From Hyphomicrobium sp. (lineage in GTDB: Bacteria > Pseudomonadota > Alphaproteobacteria > Rhizobiales > Hyphomicrobiaceae), in contig NZ_RXIZ01000003.1 of assembly GCF_003987855.1 (NCBI RefSeq), positions 18,233 through 82,232 of the forward strand: a stretch of 64,000 bases of DNA, read 5' to 3'. Shown here piece after piece: positions 17,501 to 26,032 of the stretch (position 1 is its first letter; the number at the start of each line of letters is the position of its first letter). The position numbers and the translations under genes are program-made. The notes under the pieces were generated by a model. That model saw nothing but the letters and a program-made list of their open reading frames with translations, was not told the origin of the DNA and did no database searches.

Positions 17501-19380
17501 AGCGCCCGCGCCGGTCTGACCCTTCGGCGGGCAGCGAAATCGCGATGATGGCGGTCATCACGAAGGCCATGGGCGCCTTTCTCGTTCTGGTCGTGCTGCT
17601 CATGCCGTACTACGTCGTCAACATCAACATCGAGGGGCTCACCAAGAACGTCCAAGAGAAGATGGACAAGGTCCAAAGCCAAAGCAGCGAGACGCTCAAA
17701 AACGTCAAGGAGGCTTTGCAAAGGGCGGGCAAGGGCAGGCTGACCGACCGTGAGATCGACGAGCTTCAGGCACAGATCAAGCAGCTGGAGACCGATCTCG
17801 CCGAGGCGCGGACAGAGGTCGAACGCCTCAATTCCAAGGTTAAGCAGCAGGCGTCGCAGATCGCCCGCCTGCAAAAGGAAATCGAAGATCTCAAGCAGGA
17901 AATCGAGAGGCTCAAGAGAAATCAGGGCGATCCGCCTCTCGTCATTTCCCAGCTGACATGGAGCGGGTGCGTGGGAACGCGCTTTGTTCCCCTTATGCGC
18001 CTGACCGGCGCCGACGGCAGCACGTCCGCGCCAATAACGCTCACCTCCAATTTGCCATTTCAAACCGCGCAGTCCACCTGGAAGCTCGATGATGATGGCG
18101 GTGTTAGCCGCGCTTCTCTTCCGATTGGAGACGGACAGAAGACGACCGACGTCTTTTTTCTGAGATTGAATGGCGTGCCGGGCGATCACAGCACCTGTCA
18201 CGTCAAAGCCGAGGTTCATGTCAAAAACTTAGTCCATCCGCTCGGTACCTTCGACGTACAGGACGAGACAGTCGGATTCGTCGGCCGCGTGAAGACGACC
18301 GCAAATTCGATCGAACCCGGGCAAGTTGAAGGCGCGGAAGTCGAAAAAGATCTCAGCGCGCTGAAGGCGTCCGACTGCGAGGATTTAACCTGTTTCTCGA
18401 AAGACAAGCCCGGCAGCGAGACCGACGTCGACCGCGCCTTCGCGAGCTATCTCGTCAAGGCCAAGGTGCCGGAAGATGTAGCCAAAGAGCTGGCCTCAGC
18501 GGTGGCCGCCAATCGAATGACGCCAGCTGCAGCTTTCCGGTGGGGCCAGCTCGTCCTCGATCTGAAAGACGCTCCGACAGGCAACGCAGGTATGGAGTCC
18601 GGTGAATTCAGCGGACTGCTGGAAGAAAAGGGCGCGCCGCCGACCGTGCGCACTCAAGCGCAAGAACATGCGTATTCAGATGAGACGACGCTCAGTGCCG
18701 CCGTCAAGAAGATGAAGGATTGGCCGGATGCGCTCGATCCAGCGCTCTACCCCATAGCTGAAGGCCTCCGCAATCAAGGCATGCCCCCGGAGCTCGCCAA
18801 TAAATTCGCGCGTGCAATCGACAACAAGGTGGTGTCGGAGGACGAGGCGAAGATGTGGGCGGATCTGCTCAAGAAGGCGAACGTCAGCGGGCCTGTGAAA
18901 TACGACACGACGAAACTCGCGATCCTGCAAACTCCGAAGGTGAGCGGAGCAAGGGTCGGCGTCGCGGTGCCGCTCGCCGCCGCGTTGGCAAAAGCAGTTA
19001 ACGATGGGCAGACGACGCGTGAGCAGGTGTTGGGGCTCCTTGGCGCGGCGGTCCAATCCGCTCCCAGTAAGCCTCAATTCAACGCGGTTCAGCCGCCGCC
19101 ATCATCGCAACCGGCGGCTAACAGCAATGGACGCGTCGATGCGACCCTGGGCCCGCTGGTAGCGTCCGGAGCGATATCGGACAGCGCCGCGGCGGCCTGG
19201 ACAAAAGTCATTGCGCAAGGCCGGCAAGACAAGGAAATAAAATTGATGGCAGCCAAGAGCGCCATCGAAGGAAGCATGAAGCTGCCCGCTGCTCTGGTGG
19301 AGTTGCTCGCTCGGCAGTATTCCGAGGGAGCATTGACGATGGAGCAGATCAAGCAAGTCTACGGCGAGATGCAGAAATAG
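17497..19380 (+). CDS. bitopic membrane protein with coiled coil, beta-rich domain and C-terminal helical repeats (TolA/TonB-like architecture, no family recognised)
   Basis: The ATG at 17497 overlaps the upstream stop (ATGA). A short basic N-terminus leads to a TM (IAMMAVITKAMGAFLVLVVLLMPYYVV). A heptad-rich segment follows (EIDELQAQIKQLETDLAEARTEVERLNSKVKQQASQIARLQKEIEDLKQEIERLKRNQ). The track ORF start at 17437 lies inside the upstream gene. Confidence 0.75.
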   Translation: MKRPRRSDPSAGSEIAMMAVITKAMGAFLVLVVLLMPYYVVNINIEGLTKNVQEKMDKVQSQSSETLKNVKEALQRAGKGRLTDREIDELQAQIKQLETDLAEARTEVERLNSKVKQQASQIARLQKEIEDLKQEIERLKRNQGDPPLVISQLTWSGCVGTRFVPLMRLTGADGSTSAPITLTSNLPFQTAQSTWKLDDDGGVSRASLPIGDGQKTTDVFFLRLNGVPGDHSTCHVKAEVHVKNLVHPLGTFDVQDETVGFVGRVKTTANSIEPGQVEGAEVEKDLSALKASDCEDLTCFSKDKPGSETDVDRAFASYLVKAKVPEDVAKELASAVAANRMTPAAAFRWGQLVLDLKDAPTGNAGMESGEFSGLLEEKGAPPTVRTQAQEHAYSDETTLSAAVKKMKDWPDALDPALYPIAEGLRNQGMPPELANKFARAIDNKVVSEDEAKMWADLLKKANVSGPVKYDTTKLAILQTPKVSGARVGVAVPLAAALAKAVNDGQTTREQVLGLLGAAVQSAPSKPQFNAVQPPPSSQPAANSNGRVDATLGPLVASGAISDSAAAAWTKVIAQGRQDKEIKLMAAKSAIEGSMKLPAALVELLARQYSEGALTMEQIKQVYGEMQK

Positions 19381-19432
19381 CCTTGCGCATTTCATTCGCA
19401 GCGTGGAGACGTGGGGAGAGGAACTGACGAGC

Positions 19433-21448
19433 ATGACCAAACTGGTGCGCTGTAGGCAAGGTCACGTCTTCGACCTCGATCAAAACACCGCGTGCCCCCA
19501 GTGCGGCGAAATCTTCGCCACCGACGATGATACCGCCAGTAAGAAGGATGTACCGTTGCCGAAACCGGCGCCGGTGCCGTCGAACGGTCTTCTCCAACAC
19601 CTGCTGACATTCCCGCTCAATGCGGTGGTTGGCGCAGTTCTCGTCGTGCTCGCCTGTTCTGTTTGGTATTTGACATCGCGGAGCCCTTCTCCGGTCCCGT
19701 CACCGCCGGTTTCAGTCGCTGTGACCAAACCACCTGCGCCGTCAGAACAGGCGAAACCACCGGCCGACGAGCACCCGCCAGCGACGGCTCCGTCCGGTGT
19801 GAAAGAAACCAAGGATACAACCCCGCCGGCGCAAGCCGTCCCCACTCAGGCGCCGCCAGCACCCCAGCCCGGACCGGCTGCGAGCCCATCGCAACCTACT
19901 CTGAAGGCAGCCGCTGCCCCGCGAGCACCACAACCCACAGAGCAACCCTCAGTCGAGCCTGAGGCTCCCCAGGAAGGCACGCCGTCGCCACCTCCCGTAG
20001 AGCCGGCCTTTGACGACGCCGGCCTGGACCCTATGGCGGGCGCTCGATTTATGTCGGACTATTCTCCAGCGAAACAGGCGACGCACCGTGTCGTCCTCGA
20101 ACAGGCAGCCGAGGATTTCGCGATCGGGATGCGTGGCAAGACGGGAGTCGTCGCTGCGCTCGTCTGTCAAGATCCAAGTAAGGATCGCTTCGGCAGCGGC
20201 GCGATCACGGTTTGGATGTACGCCGATGGCAATTCCGCGGATCTCTTCAACCAACAACCTGCGCCGAAGATTAAGGTCGATGGTGTCGAGTTTACGCTCG
20301 ATCTTTCGCTGCGCATCGATGGTCAGGACTTCAAGCTCACGCACGAGCGTATCCTGACAGTCAAGAACGGGCACAGGCTCGTGGCAGATGTTGCCCCGAC
20401 GGAGCCGCTCTTTTCAGCGATGAAGGCTGCCAAGCGCGTGGAAATCCTCGGCGACAGCAAGGTCTACATGGTCGAGACCGGCGGCCGCTTCGATGAACTG
20501 GCAAAAATCGTCGACGGGTGCAAGCAGATCGCCGGGGTAAACACCGGCAATGCATCGGGAGCGCAATCCGGTGCCCCGCCTTCCGATGCGGCGATCGCCG
20601 CGCTCGAAGACAAATACGCTTTCACGCCGCTCGCGCGCGAACTGCTGGCGATCTCGTATGCGGACGCTGCCTACGCGCGCAAGGACTATGCGGCTGCCAA
20701 AGCCTGGCTGATGTCTGATGTGGCCAAGAGCAATCCGGCGGCAATTTTCTATATCGCGGAGATGGTAGCGGCGGGTAACGGGTTTCAGAAAAACGCCGCG
20801 AACGCGTTGGGTCTCTATGCCGAATCCGCTAACGGCGGATTTTACCCGGCGCAACTGCGGCTCGGGAAGATCTTTAGCAACGGCGACTATCCCGGTGTTC
20901 CGCGCGATCCGAGCAAAGCCAAGGCGTGGCTGATGATGGCGGCCAAGGAAGATCGCGGCGAGGCCAACCGTATCTTGTCGGAGATGGGCGTGCCGAGAGC
21001 CGAAATCAAGCCAACGCGGACGGACCTCGAGCTCGCCCTTGGCCGAAGTTATCAAGAAGCGTTCGGCATTGCGAACACGCTGATCTCGCAGGGTTCGGGC
21101 AGCGCATATTATTGGGCAGGCTCCTTCATCCACGAAGGCCAGGGGACGGACAAGAACCCGGACTACGGACGCAAACTGATCGCCAAGGGCGCCCGCACGT
21201 TCGATGCCCTTTGCATTGAGGCCGTCGCGGAATGGTCGTTCAACGGCGAATCAACACCCAGAAACGTCCCCGAGGCCGTGACGTTGGCCTACATCGCTCG
21301 TGAGAACGCGGTATTCGGCGATGATGCAGTGTTGATCGACAAACGCATCAGCATGTTCCTCGATAAGATCACTGATGAACAGTATGAAGACGTGCGCCAA
21401 TTGCTGAAGGGGATACGAGATATCCCGGCCCGGCAAGCGTCACGTTAG
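19433..21448 (+). CDS. Zn-knuckle / TM / Pro-rich / Sel1-repeat protein (long paralog)
   Basis: The N-terminus is MTKLVRCRQGHVFDLDQNTACPQCGE, followed by one TM and a spacer of about 110 aa rich in P/A/S. An unassigned domain comes next, then C-terminal Sel1-like repeats (AAKAWL..., ALGLYAESANGGFYPAQLRLGKIF, SKAKAWLMMAAKE). GGAGAGGA lies upstream of the ATG at 19433. Confidence 0.75.
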   Translation: MTKLVRCRQGHVFDLDQNTACPQCGEIFATDDDTASKKDVPLPKPAPVPSNGLLQHLLTFPLNAVVGAVLVVLACSVWYLTSRSPSPVPSPPVSVAVTKPPAPSEQAKPPADEHPPATAPSGVKETKDTTPPAQAVPTQAPPAPQPGPAASPSQPTLKAAAAPRAPQPTEQPSVEPEAPQEGTPSPPPVEPAFDDAGLDPMAGARFMSDYSPAKQATHRVVLEQAAEDFAIGMRGKTGVVAALVCQDPSKDRFGSGAITVWMYADGNSADLFNQQPAPKIKVDGVEFTLDLSLRIDGQDFKLTHERILTVKNGHRLVADVAPTEPLFSAMKAAKRVEILGDSKVYMVETGGRFDELAKIVDGCKQIAGVNTGNASGAQSGAPPSDAAIAALEDKYAFTPLARELLAISYADAAYARKDYAAAKAWLMSDVAKSNPAAIFYIAEMVAAGNGFQKNAANALGLYAESANGGFYPAQLRLGKIFSNGDYPGVPRDPSKAKAWLMMAAKEDRGEANRILSEMGVPRAEIKPTRTDLELALGRSYQEAFGIANTLISQGSGSAYYWAGSFIHEGQGTDKNPDYGRKLIAKGARTFDALCIEAVAEWSFNGESTPRNVPEAVTLAYIARENAVFGDDAVLIDKRISMFLDKITDEQYEDVRQLLKGIRDIPARQASR

Positions 21449-21479
21449 TCCTTGGTATGTGTGAGAGGTCGAGCACAAC

Positions 21480-22907
21480 ATGACAGGACGGCTCACGCGC
21501 TGCAGCCAGGGTCACGTTTTTCAAGCCGCGGGTCTCACCGCCTGCCCCGTCTGCGGAGAAGAACTCTCCTCTCAAGCGCCAATACCTTCGCCCGACCCTG
21601 CGCCTCCGCCTCCGGCTGTCTCTCCATCATTCATCTGGAGCGGCGTCGCGGCGATCACGGCCGGGGCCGTTCTGATCTTCGCTTTCTGGCCAATGTCATC
21701 CCCTCGGAAAGAAAGCGCTCAGGCAACGCAGCCTCCTCAGGAAGCGGTGAAATCTACACAGGACACGGCAATCACTTTGAACCCTCCCAAAGAGGTGGCG
21801 GCCGCCACACACGACGCGTTGCCGCCAGATGCACCGCCCAACGTCGCTGCCGAGGCGCCGCCGGTAGATACGTCGGGTAAAGTCTCGCCACCGTCGTCGG
21901 TGCAACCTCCAGTCAAGCCCTCTGCACAGGCATCGGCACCTGCCGCGCCGGTGACCACACCGTCGCCACCCGTTCTGGAAGTCACCCCGCAGCCTCCTAA
22001 AAGTCCTGTTGTTGCTCCCGCCAATAGGCTGCTCCCCAACATCGATTATCCCGGCGAAGCGGTCGCGAAGCTGCAAAACACACTTCACCTCAGCGATTTT
22101 CTGATCGACATGCTGGGTGAGTTTGCGGCCGCCGATGCGATGAGCACCTCACCGACACCCGCCGCGGTCGCCGTCCTCACCAAGCTCGCCGATAAAGGGA
22201 TCGGCGTGGCCAAGTTCGATCTGGCGAACGTCTATTTTGCTGGACCCGTTGTCGGAAAGGATGATGGACAGGCGTTGATGTACTTACGTCAAGCGGCCGA
22301 TATGGGTGTGGGACCGGCTCGCATGAAGCTCGCGCAAATATTGGAGGAAGGTCAGCTCGTCCTGCAAGATCATCGCACGGCGCGCGAACTCGTGACGCTC
22401 GCGGCGCGCGAGGGCACCGGAGGGGCGAGCACAGTGGCCCAACAGATGGACGTCGATATTCAATCGCTTGGGCCTACGGGACCAGAGCTCACCGACATGG
22501 CGCTTCAGGGCAATGAGAAAGCTGTCGCGATCGCAAACGAATTCATCGCCAATCATCTCGCATCAGGCTATCTGGCCCTCGCGTGGTATGGCGCGAAATA
22601 CGGCAAGGACGCCGATCTCCGGCGCAAGGTTCCGGAGTTTGCGCGCAAGGCCGCCTCGCTCGGGATCTCGAACGGAATGAACATTCTGGCTAACCTCTAT
22701 CGCGACGATGTCCTCGTCGATAAGAACACCACGGAAGCCTATCTCTGGATCACGCTGGCCCATCGCTTTTGTGGTGAGCCCGACTGGTGCGCGGCGGAAG
22801 CAAAGTTGATTGCGAAGCTCGGCAAGACTGTCGATACAGCTCAGGTCGAAGCTCTGCGCGCCGCAATATCGAACGTCGTTTCGCCCCCCTCGGATGAAAC
22901 CAGATAG
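21480..22907 (+). CDS. Zn-knuckle / TM / Pro-rich / Sel1-repeat protein (short paralog)
   Basis: The N-terminus MTGRLTRCSQGHVFQAAGLTACPVCGE has the same spacing as the preceding gene. It is followed by one TM, a Pro-rich spacer and Sel1-like repeats (GIGVAKFDLANVYFAG, GQALMYLRQAADMGVGPARMKLAQIL, EAYLWITLA). Confidence 0.75.
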   Translation: MTGRLTRCSQGHVFQAAGLTACPVCGEELSSQAPIPSPDPAPPPPAVSPSFIWSGVAAITAGAVLIFAFWPMSSPRKESAQATQPPQEAVKSTQDTAITLNPPKEVAAATHDALPPDAPPNVAAEAPPVDTSGKVSPPSSVQPPVKPSAQASAPAAPVTTPSPPVLEVTPQPPKSPVVAPANRLLPNIDYPGEAVAKLQNTLHLSDFLIDMLGEFAAADAMSTSPTPAAVAVLTKLADKGIGVAKFDLANVYFAGPVVGKDDGQALMYLRQAADMGVGPARMKLAQILEEGQLVLQDHRTARELVTLAAREGTGGASTVAQQMDVDIQSLGPTGPELTDMALQGNEKAVAIANEFIANHLASGYLALAWYGAKYGKDADLRRKVPEFARKAASLGISNGMNILANLYRDDVLVDKNTTEAYLWITLAHRFCGEPDWCAAEAKLIAKLGKTVDTAQVEALRAAISNVVSPPSDETR

Positions 22908-23001
22908 GGTGCGGAAATGAAGGAAAGCTGGCGGCACAAGCCCTCAACGATTCCGAGAACGCTGTATCTTGCTCCAAGAACATCTCAACGGCTCAATTCC
23001 G

Positions 23002-23691
23002 ATGAATGATAATAGTCTTGAAGACGCGTTCCGTCGGATTTGTTCTTCGGACGAGCCTCTTAGAGAGCGCTTGAAAGAATTTTCCTCGGCTGTTTGCCAG
23101 TTTGCGCCTGAGTTCGCCGCCGTCTATGACGATCTCGTTGCGAGGCTGAAATCTGCTGATGCCGGTAGCGGTGCGCCGAGGCCGGGCGAGCCGATGCCGC
23201 CCTTTGTACTTCCCAACGAGAACAATCGCGTCACTCAGCTGGCAGAGTTCATCGGCAAGCGACCCGTCGTCATCAGTTTCAATCGTGGGCACTGGTGCGA
23301 ATATTGCCAGATCGAACTGCTCGCGCTTCAGTCGGCTCTCCACGAGTTCGCGCAAAGAGATGCGCTGGTCTTCTCGATCATGCCTGAGTTCCAACCGCGC
23401 CGACTTGGGCTGGAACTTAATGACACCATTCAATTCCTATGCGACGCCGACAACGGTTATGCGCTCGATCTTGGTTTGGCGATCTGGCTAGGTGATGAGT
23501 TTCGCGATCTCTACCTCAAGCACGGGATCGAATTGCAGCAGTACAACAGAAGTGAGAGCTGGTTTCTGCCGATACCAGCCACCTTTGTTGTTGGCCGAGA
23601 TGGTCTGATCGCAGACCGCTTCGTCGATCCTGATTTTCGCCACAGGATGGACATCGACGCGATCCTTTCAGCGCTGGATAAAGCTTCGTAG
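23002..23691 (+). CDS. peroxiredoxin-like / thioredoxin-fold protein (AhpC/TSA-like, CxxC)
   Basis: It contains FNRGHWCEYCQIEL (CxxC). It is paralogous over its whole length to 31595..32329 and 32404..33111. The start was chosen by alignment with those paralogs (MNDNSLEDAF...). Confidence 0.8.
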   Translation: MNDNSLEDAFRRICSSDEPLRERLKEFSSAVCQFAPEFAAVYDDLVARLKSADAGSGAPRPGEPMPPFVLPNENNRVTQLAEFIGKRPVVISFNRGHWCEYCQIELLALQSALHEFAQRDALVFSIMPEFQPRRLGLELNDTIQFLCDADNGYALDLGLAIWLGDEFRDLYLKHGIELQQYNRSESWFLPIPATFVVGRDGLIADRFVDPDFRHRMDIDAILSALDKAS

Positions 23692-23724
23692 AGCCGCGAT
23701 CGCTCACCTTTGCTGCATCAGCAG

Positions 23725-24933
23725 TCAAGTCTTCCGCACAAACGTCTCGTTGTTAACGGCGCTGATGCTTTCGATCGGCTTAGAGTCTCCTGCTTCGTGG
23801 AGGAAAACGCCCTCGATCGGGTCGATTTCTCGTTGCCATGGCGCTTGCTCGATCACACGCATCGTCTGTTCATAGCCGGCCTGCCACCGCTTCTTGATTC
23901 CGGATAAGGTGAAGTCGACATCCTTTGTGTGGTCCTCGGTTTCGTGGCCTTGCCAGAGGAGGCGAACGAAGTGCATGCGCGTCAAGCATCCGTAGCTTGC
24001 GAGTTCTCTGATGTCCTCGCGCGAGCGAAGTTCCTCAGGAATATGCATCGCGAGCTCTTTGATTATGTGCCTAAGGCGGTGAATTTGCGCCTGGCGCATG
24101 ATGTGCGTAGCCACCCGGCTTGAATATTGAATATTCTTCTGGCGATGAAGCACGTCCCAAATCGTCGAGGGTTCCGGTCCCGTCGGGTTCCACATATGAA
24201 CCGCAAAGACCAATGAGTTCTTGCGCGGATAATCATCGAAGATCGCTTCGGCCGGGGTATTAGAGAGAATACCGCCGTCCCAATAGAGTTCACCGTCGAT
24301 ACGCACAGCCGGGAATGCCGGTGGCAAAGCACCCGATGCCATGATGTGCTTCGCGGTGATTTCTGTCTGCTGGCTGTCGAAGTAGTGCATTCGGCTCGTC
24401 CGCACCTGAGCGGCGCCGACCGTCAATCGAGGCTTGTTCCGTCTTATCAGTGAAAAATCGATAAGATCGTTCAGTGTCGTTTCGAGTTCGGAGGTGGAAT
24501 AGTAGCCAGCGCGCTCTGCACCTAGCGGGAAATGGGGATTGAGAAAGGCAAGCATATTGGGCCTGAAAAACCCCGAAATACCGCTCGACAAAGCCTGCCA
24601 GTAAGAAAACATCGTCCCCGCCTGCGGCCATAGCATCGCAGGGTCCCACGCCGAGCGCTGAGCCATTCGTTGCCAAAATTCATGCAGAGCATCAAGCCGG
24701 TCGCTTGGTTCATTACCTGCGATGAGAGCTGCATTGATTGCCCCGATCGACGTTCCAATCACCCAGTCAGGCTCGATACCCGCTTCATGCAGTGCGTGAT
24801 AGACACCCGACTGATAAGCTCCGAGCGCGCCACCACCTTGCAGCACCAGAACGATTTGGCCGTATCCGGTGGTGCGGTCGTGATGTTGTGCTTGCATTGC
24901 CGGTGTTGAGCGATAGTTGGGGTGCAGCGTCAT
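23725..24933 (-). CDS. patatin-like phospholipase
   Basis: The oxyanion motif GGGALGAYQSG, the nucleophile elbow GTSIGA and the catalytic DGG are all present, with the long C-terminal extension typical of bacterial patatins. Confidence 0.88.
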   Translation of the reverse strand: MTLHPNYRSTPAMQAQHHDRTTGYGQIVLVLQGGGALGAYQSGVYHALHEAGIEPDWVIGTSIGAINAALIAGNEPSDRLDALHEFWQRMAQRSAWDPAMLWPQAGTMFSYWQALSSGISGFFRPNMLAFLNPHFPLGAERAGYYSTSELETTLNDLIDFSLIRRNKPRLTVGAAQVRTSRMHYFDSQQTEITAKHIMASGALPPAFPAVRIDGELYWDGGILSNTPAEAIFDDYPRKNSLVFAVHMWNPTGPEPSTIWDVLHRQKNIQYSSRVATHIMRQAQIHRLRHIIKELAMHIPEELRSREDIRELASYGCLTRMHFVRLLWQGHETEDHTKDVDFTLSGIKKRWQAGYEQTMRVIEQAPWQREIDPIEGVFLHEAGDSKPIESISAVNNETFVRKT

Positions 24934-24946
24934 AGCGGCCTCTCAT

Positions 24947-25447
24947 TCATCGCTTTGACGCGACGCTCGATGTGATCGAAGCAATCACTGCTGATGCCAT
25001 TTTGAATTGCGCGTCACGGTCGCTAATGCCATGGCGGCGGGCGATCCATCCGAAGTCTGTGTAGACGGCCCAGACTTGCCCGTCTCTATCCTTTCGGACG
25101 AGAAGGCGCACGGGCCAGTCGAGTCCGGAATCGGGATTTGACGTCAAAAACTGAATTCCCAGTGGCGGGTTGCCGAAGATCAATAAAGTCGAAGGGTTGA
25201 GAGTAATGCCGGCGCCTGCGCCAAGTTGCGACTGGTCGATGGCGGAGAAGAACATGATGCCCTTGCTCGAAATATCGGCTTTGAGACGAGCGACAGTTTC
25301 ACCAAAGCTGTAGACGCTCTTCACTTTGATGATGCCGTTGTCCGGCGCTCCGTCGGAGGACGAAGCCGAATAACTCATCGGCGGCAAAGCTAGAAGCAGC
25401 GAGACTATTAGAGCGCTGAATATCCCAGACCTCACGAGCATGACCAT
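24947..25447 (-). CDS. DUF302 domain protein, secreted
   Basis: A signal peptide (IFSALIVSLLLALPPMSYSA) precedes DUF302-like LLIFGNPPLGIQFL...LDWPVRLLV. It lies 13 nt upstream of the patatin gene on the same strand. Confidence 0.7.
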   Translation of the reverse strand: MVMLVRSGIFSALIVSLLLALPPMSYSASSSDGAPDNGIIKVKSVYSFGETVARLKADISSKGIMFFSAIDQSQLGAGAGITLNPSTLLIFGNPPLGIQFLTSNPDSGLDWPVRLLVRKDRDGQVWAVYTDFGWIARRHGISDRDAQFKMASAVIASITSSVASKR

Positions 25448-25694
25448 CTTCCTTCTTCATCACGATCTCAGCGATCATTGTCAGGGGGAAAATGGCCAAG
25501 CGGCTCTCGTCACGAAAATATCGATTGGCTTCCAAGTCGATAGTCGCTGCCTATCAATTGAGGCTGGATGCTGCCGGGGATAGCACCGAGCTATCAATTC
25601 CAGTGCCAAACGGCATTTCAGTCGATTTTAGGAAGCTCATAGGTTCTCCCCAACCCCGCTTCGCAGGGGCAACTAAGACACCAGGAGAGAATCA

Positions 25695-25961
25695 ATGAAA
25701 CTCGCTTCAGCAGCAACGCTCGTTGCCATTTTTGCCGCGATTGCAACTCCGACTTACGCAGCCGAAGATTGCGACGGCGGTTTCAAGACGCACATGGGTA
25801 AGATGTCGATCTACATCGACAAGATGTCAGGCTATGAGTTGGCGGATGCGGTCCGTAAGTCGCTCGACGCCTACAACTCGTGCAAGGCCGGGGATGGTTT
25901 CTCGCCCCATGGCGTTTGGGACCAGATCGAGGCCGACATGCAGGCGAAGCACGGCAAGTGA
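25695..25961 (+). CDS. small secreted hypothetical protein (88 aa, two Cys)
   Basis: There is a clear signal peptide (MKLASAATLVAIFAAIATPTYA), an AGGAGAG SD upstream, and a strong terminator downstream. Confidence 0.65.
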   Translation: MKLASAATLVAIFAAIATPTYAAEDCDGGFKTHMGKMSIYIDKMSGYELADAVRKSLDAYNSCKAGDGFSPHGVWDQIEADMQAKHGK

Positions 25962-25985
25962 TGCGCTGACGAAGAGCATGCCGAG

Positions 25986-26020
25986 AAGCCTCGCACATCT
26001 GCTGCGGGGCTTTCTTTATT
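25986..26020 (+). terminator. Rho-independent terminator
   Basis: The 9-bp stem AAGCCTCGC / GCGGGGCTT contains one G-U pair and has a 9-nt loop. It is followed by TCTTTATT. Confidence 0.7.
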
Positions 26021-26032
26021 GGAGGTTTTTCG

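Noticed and set aside
17464-18219. A 251-aa minus-strand ORF antisense to the coiled-coil gene
   Set aside because: It mirrors the heptad-repeat region, which gives a low-complexity Leu/Asp/Gln-rich reverse translation. It has no SD and no domain.
20414-21133. A 239-aa minus-strand ORF inside the long Sel1 gene
   Set aside because: It is antisense to clear Sel1 repeats and has an Arg-rich composition.
16700-22907. The MotA-like operon as a flagellar stator, Tol-Pal, ExbBD-TonB or Zorya locus
   Set aside because: There is no MotB/ZorB-type OmpA-like protein and no TolR/ExbD-like small bitopic protein. TolB/Pal, flagellar genes and ZorC/D/E-like nuclease or helicase genes are all absent from the neighbourhood. 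It is therefore kept as an unclassified MotA-family system rather than assigned to one of these.
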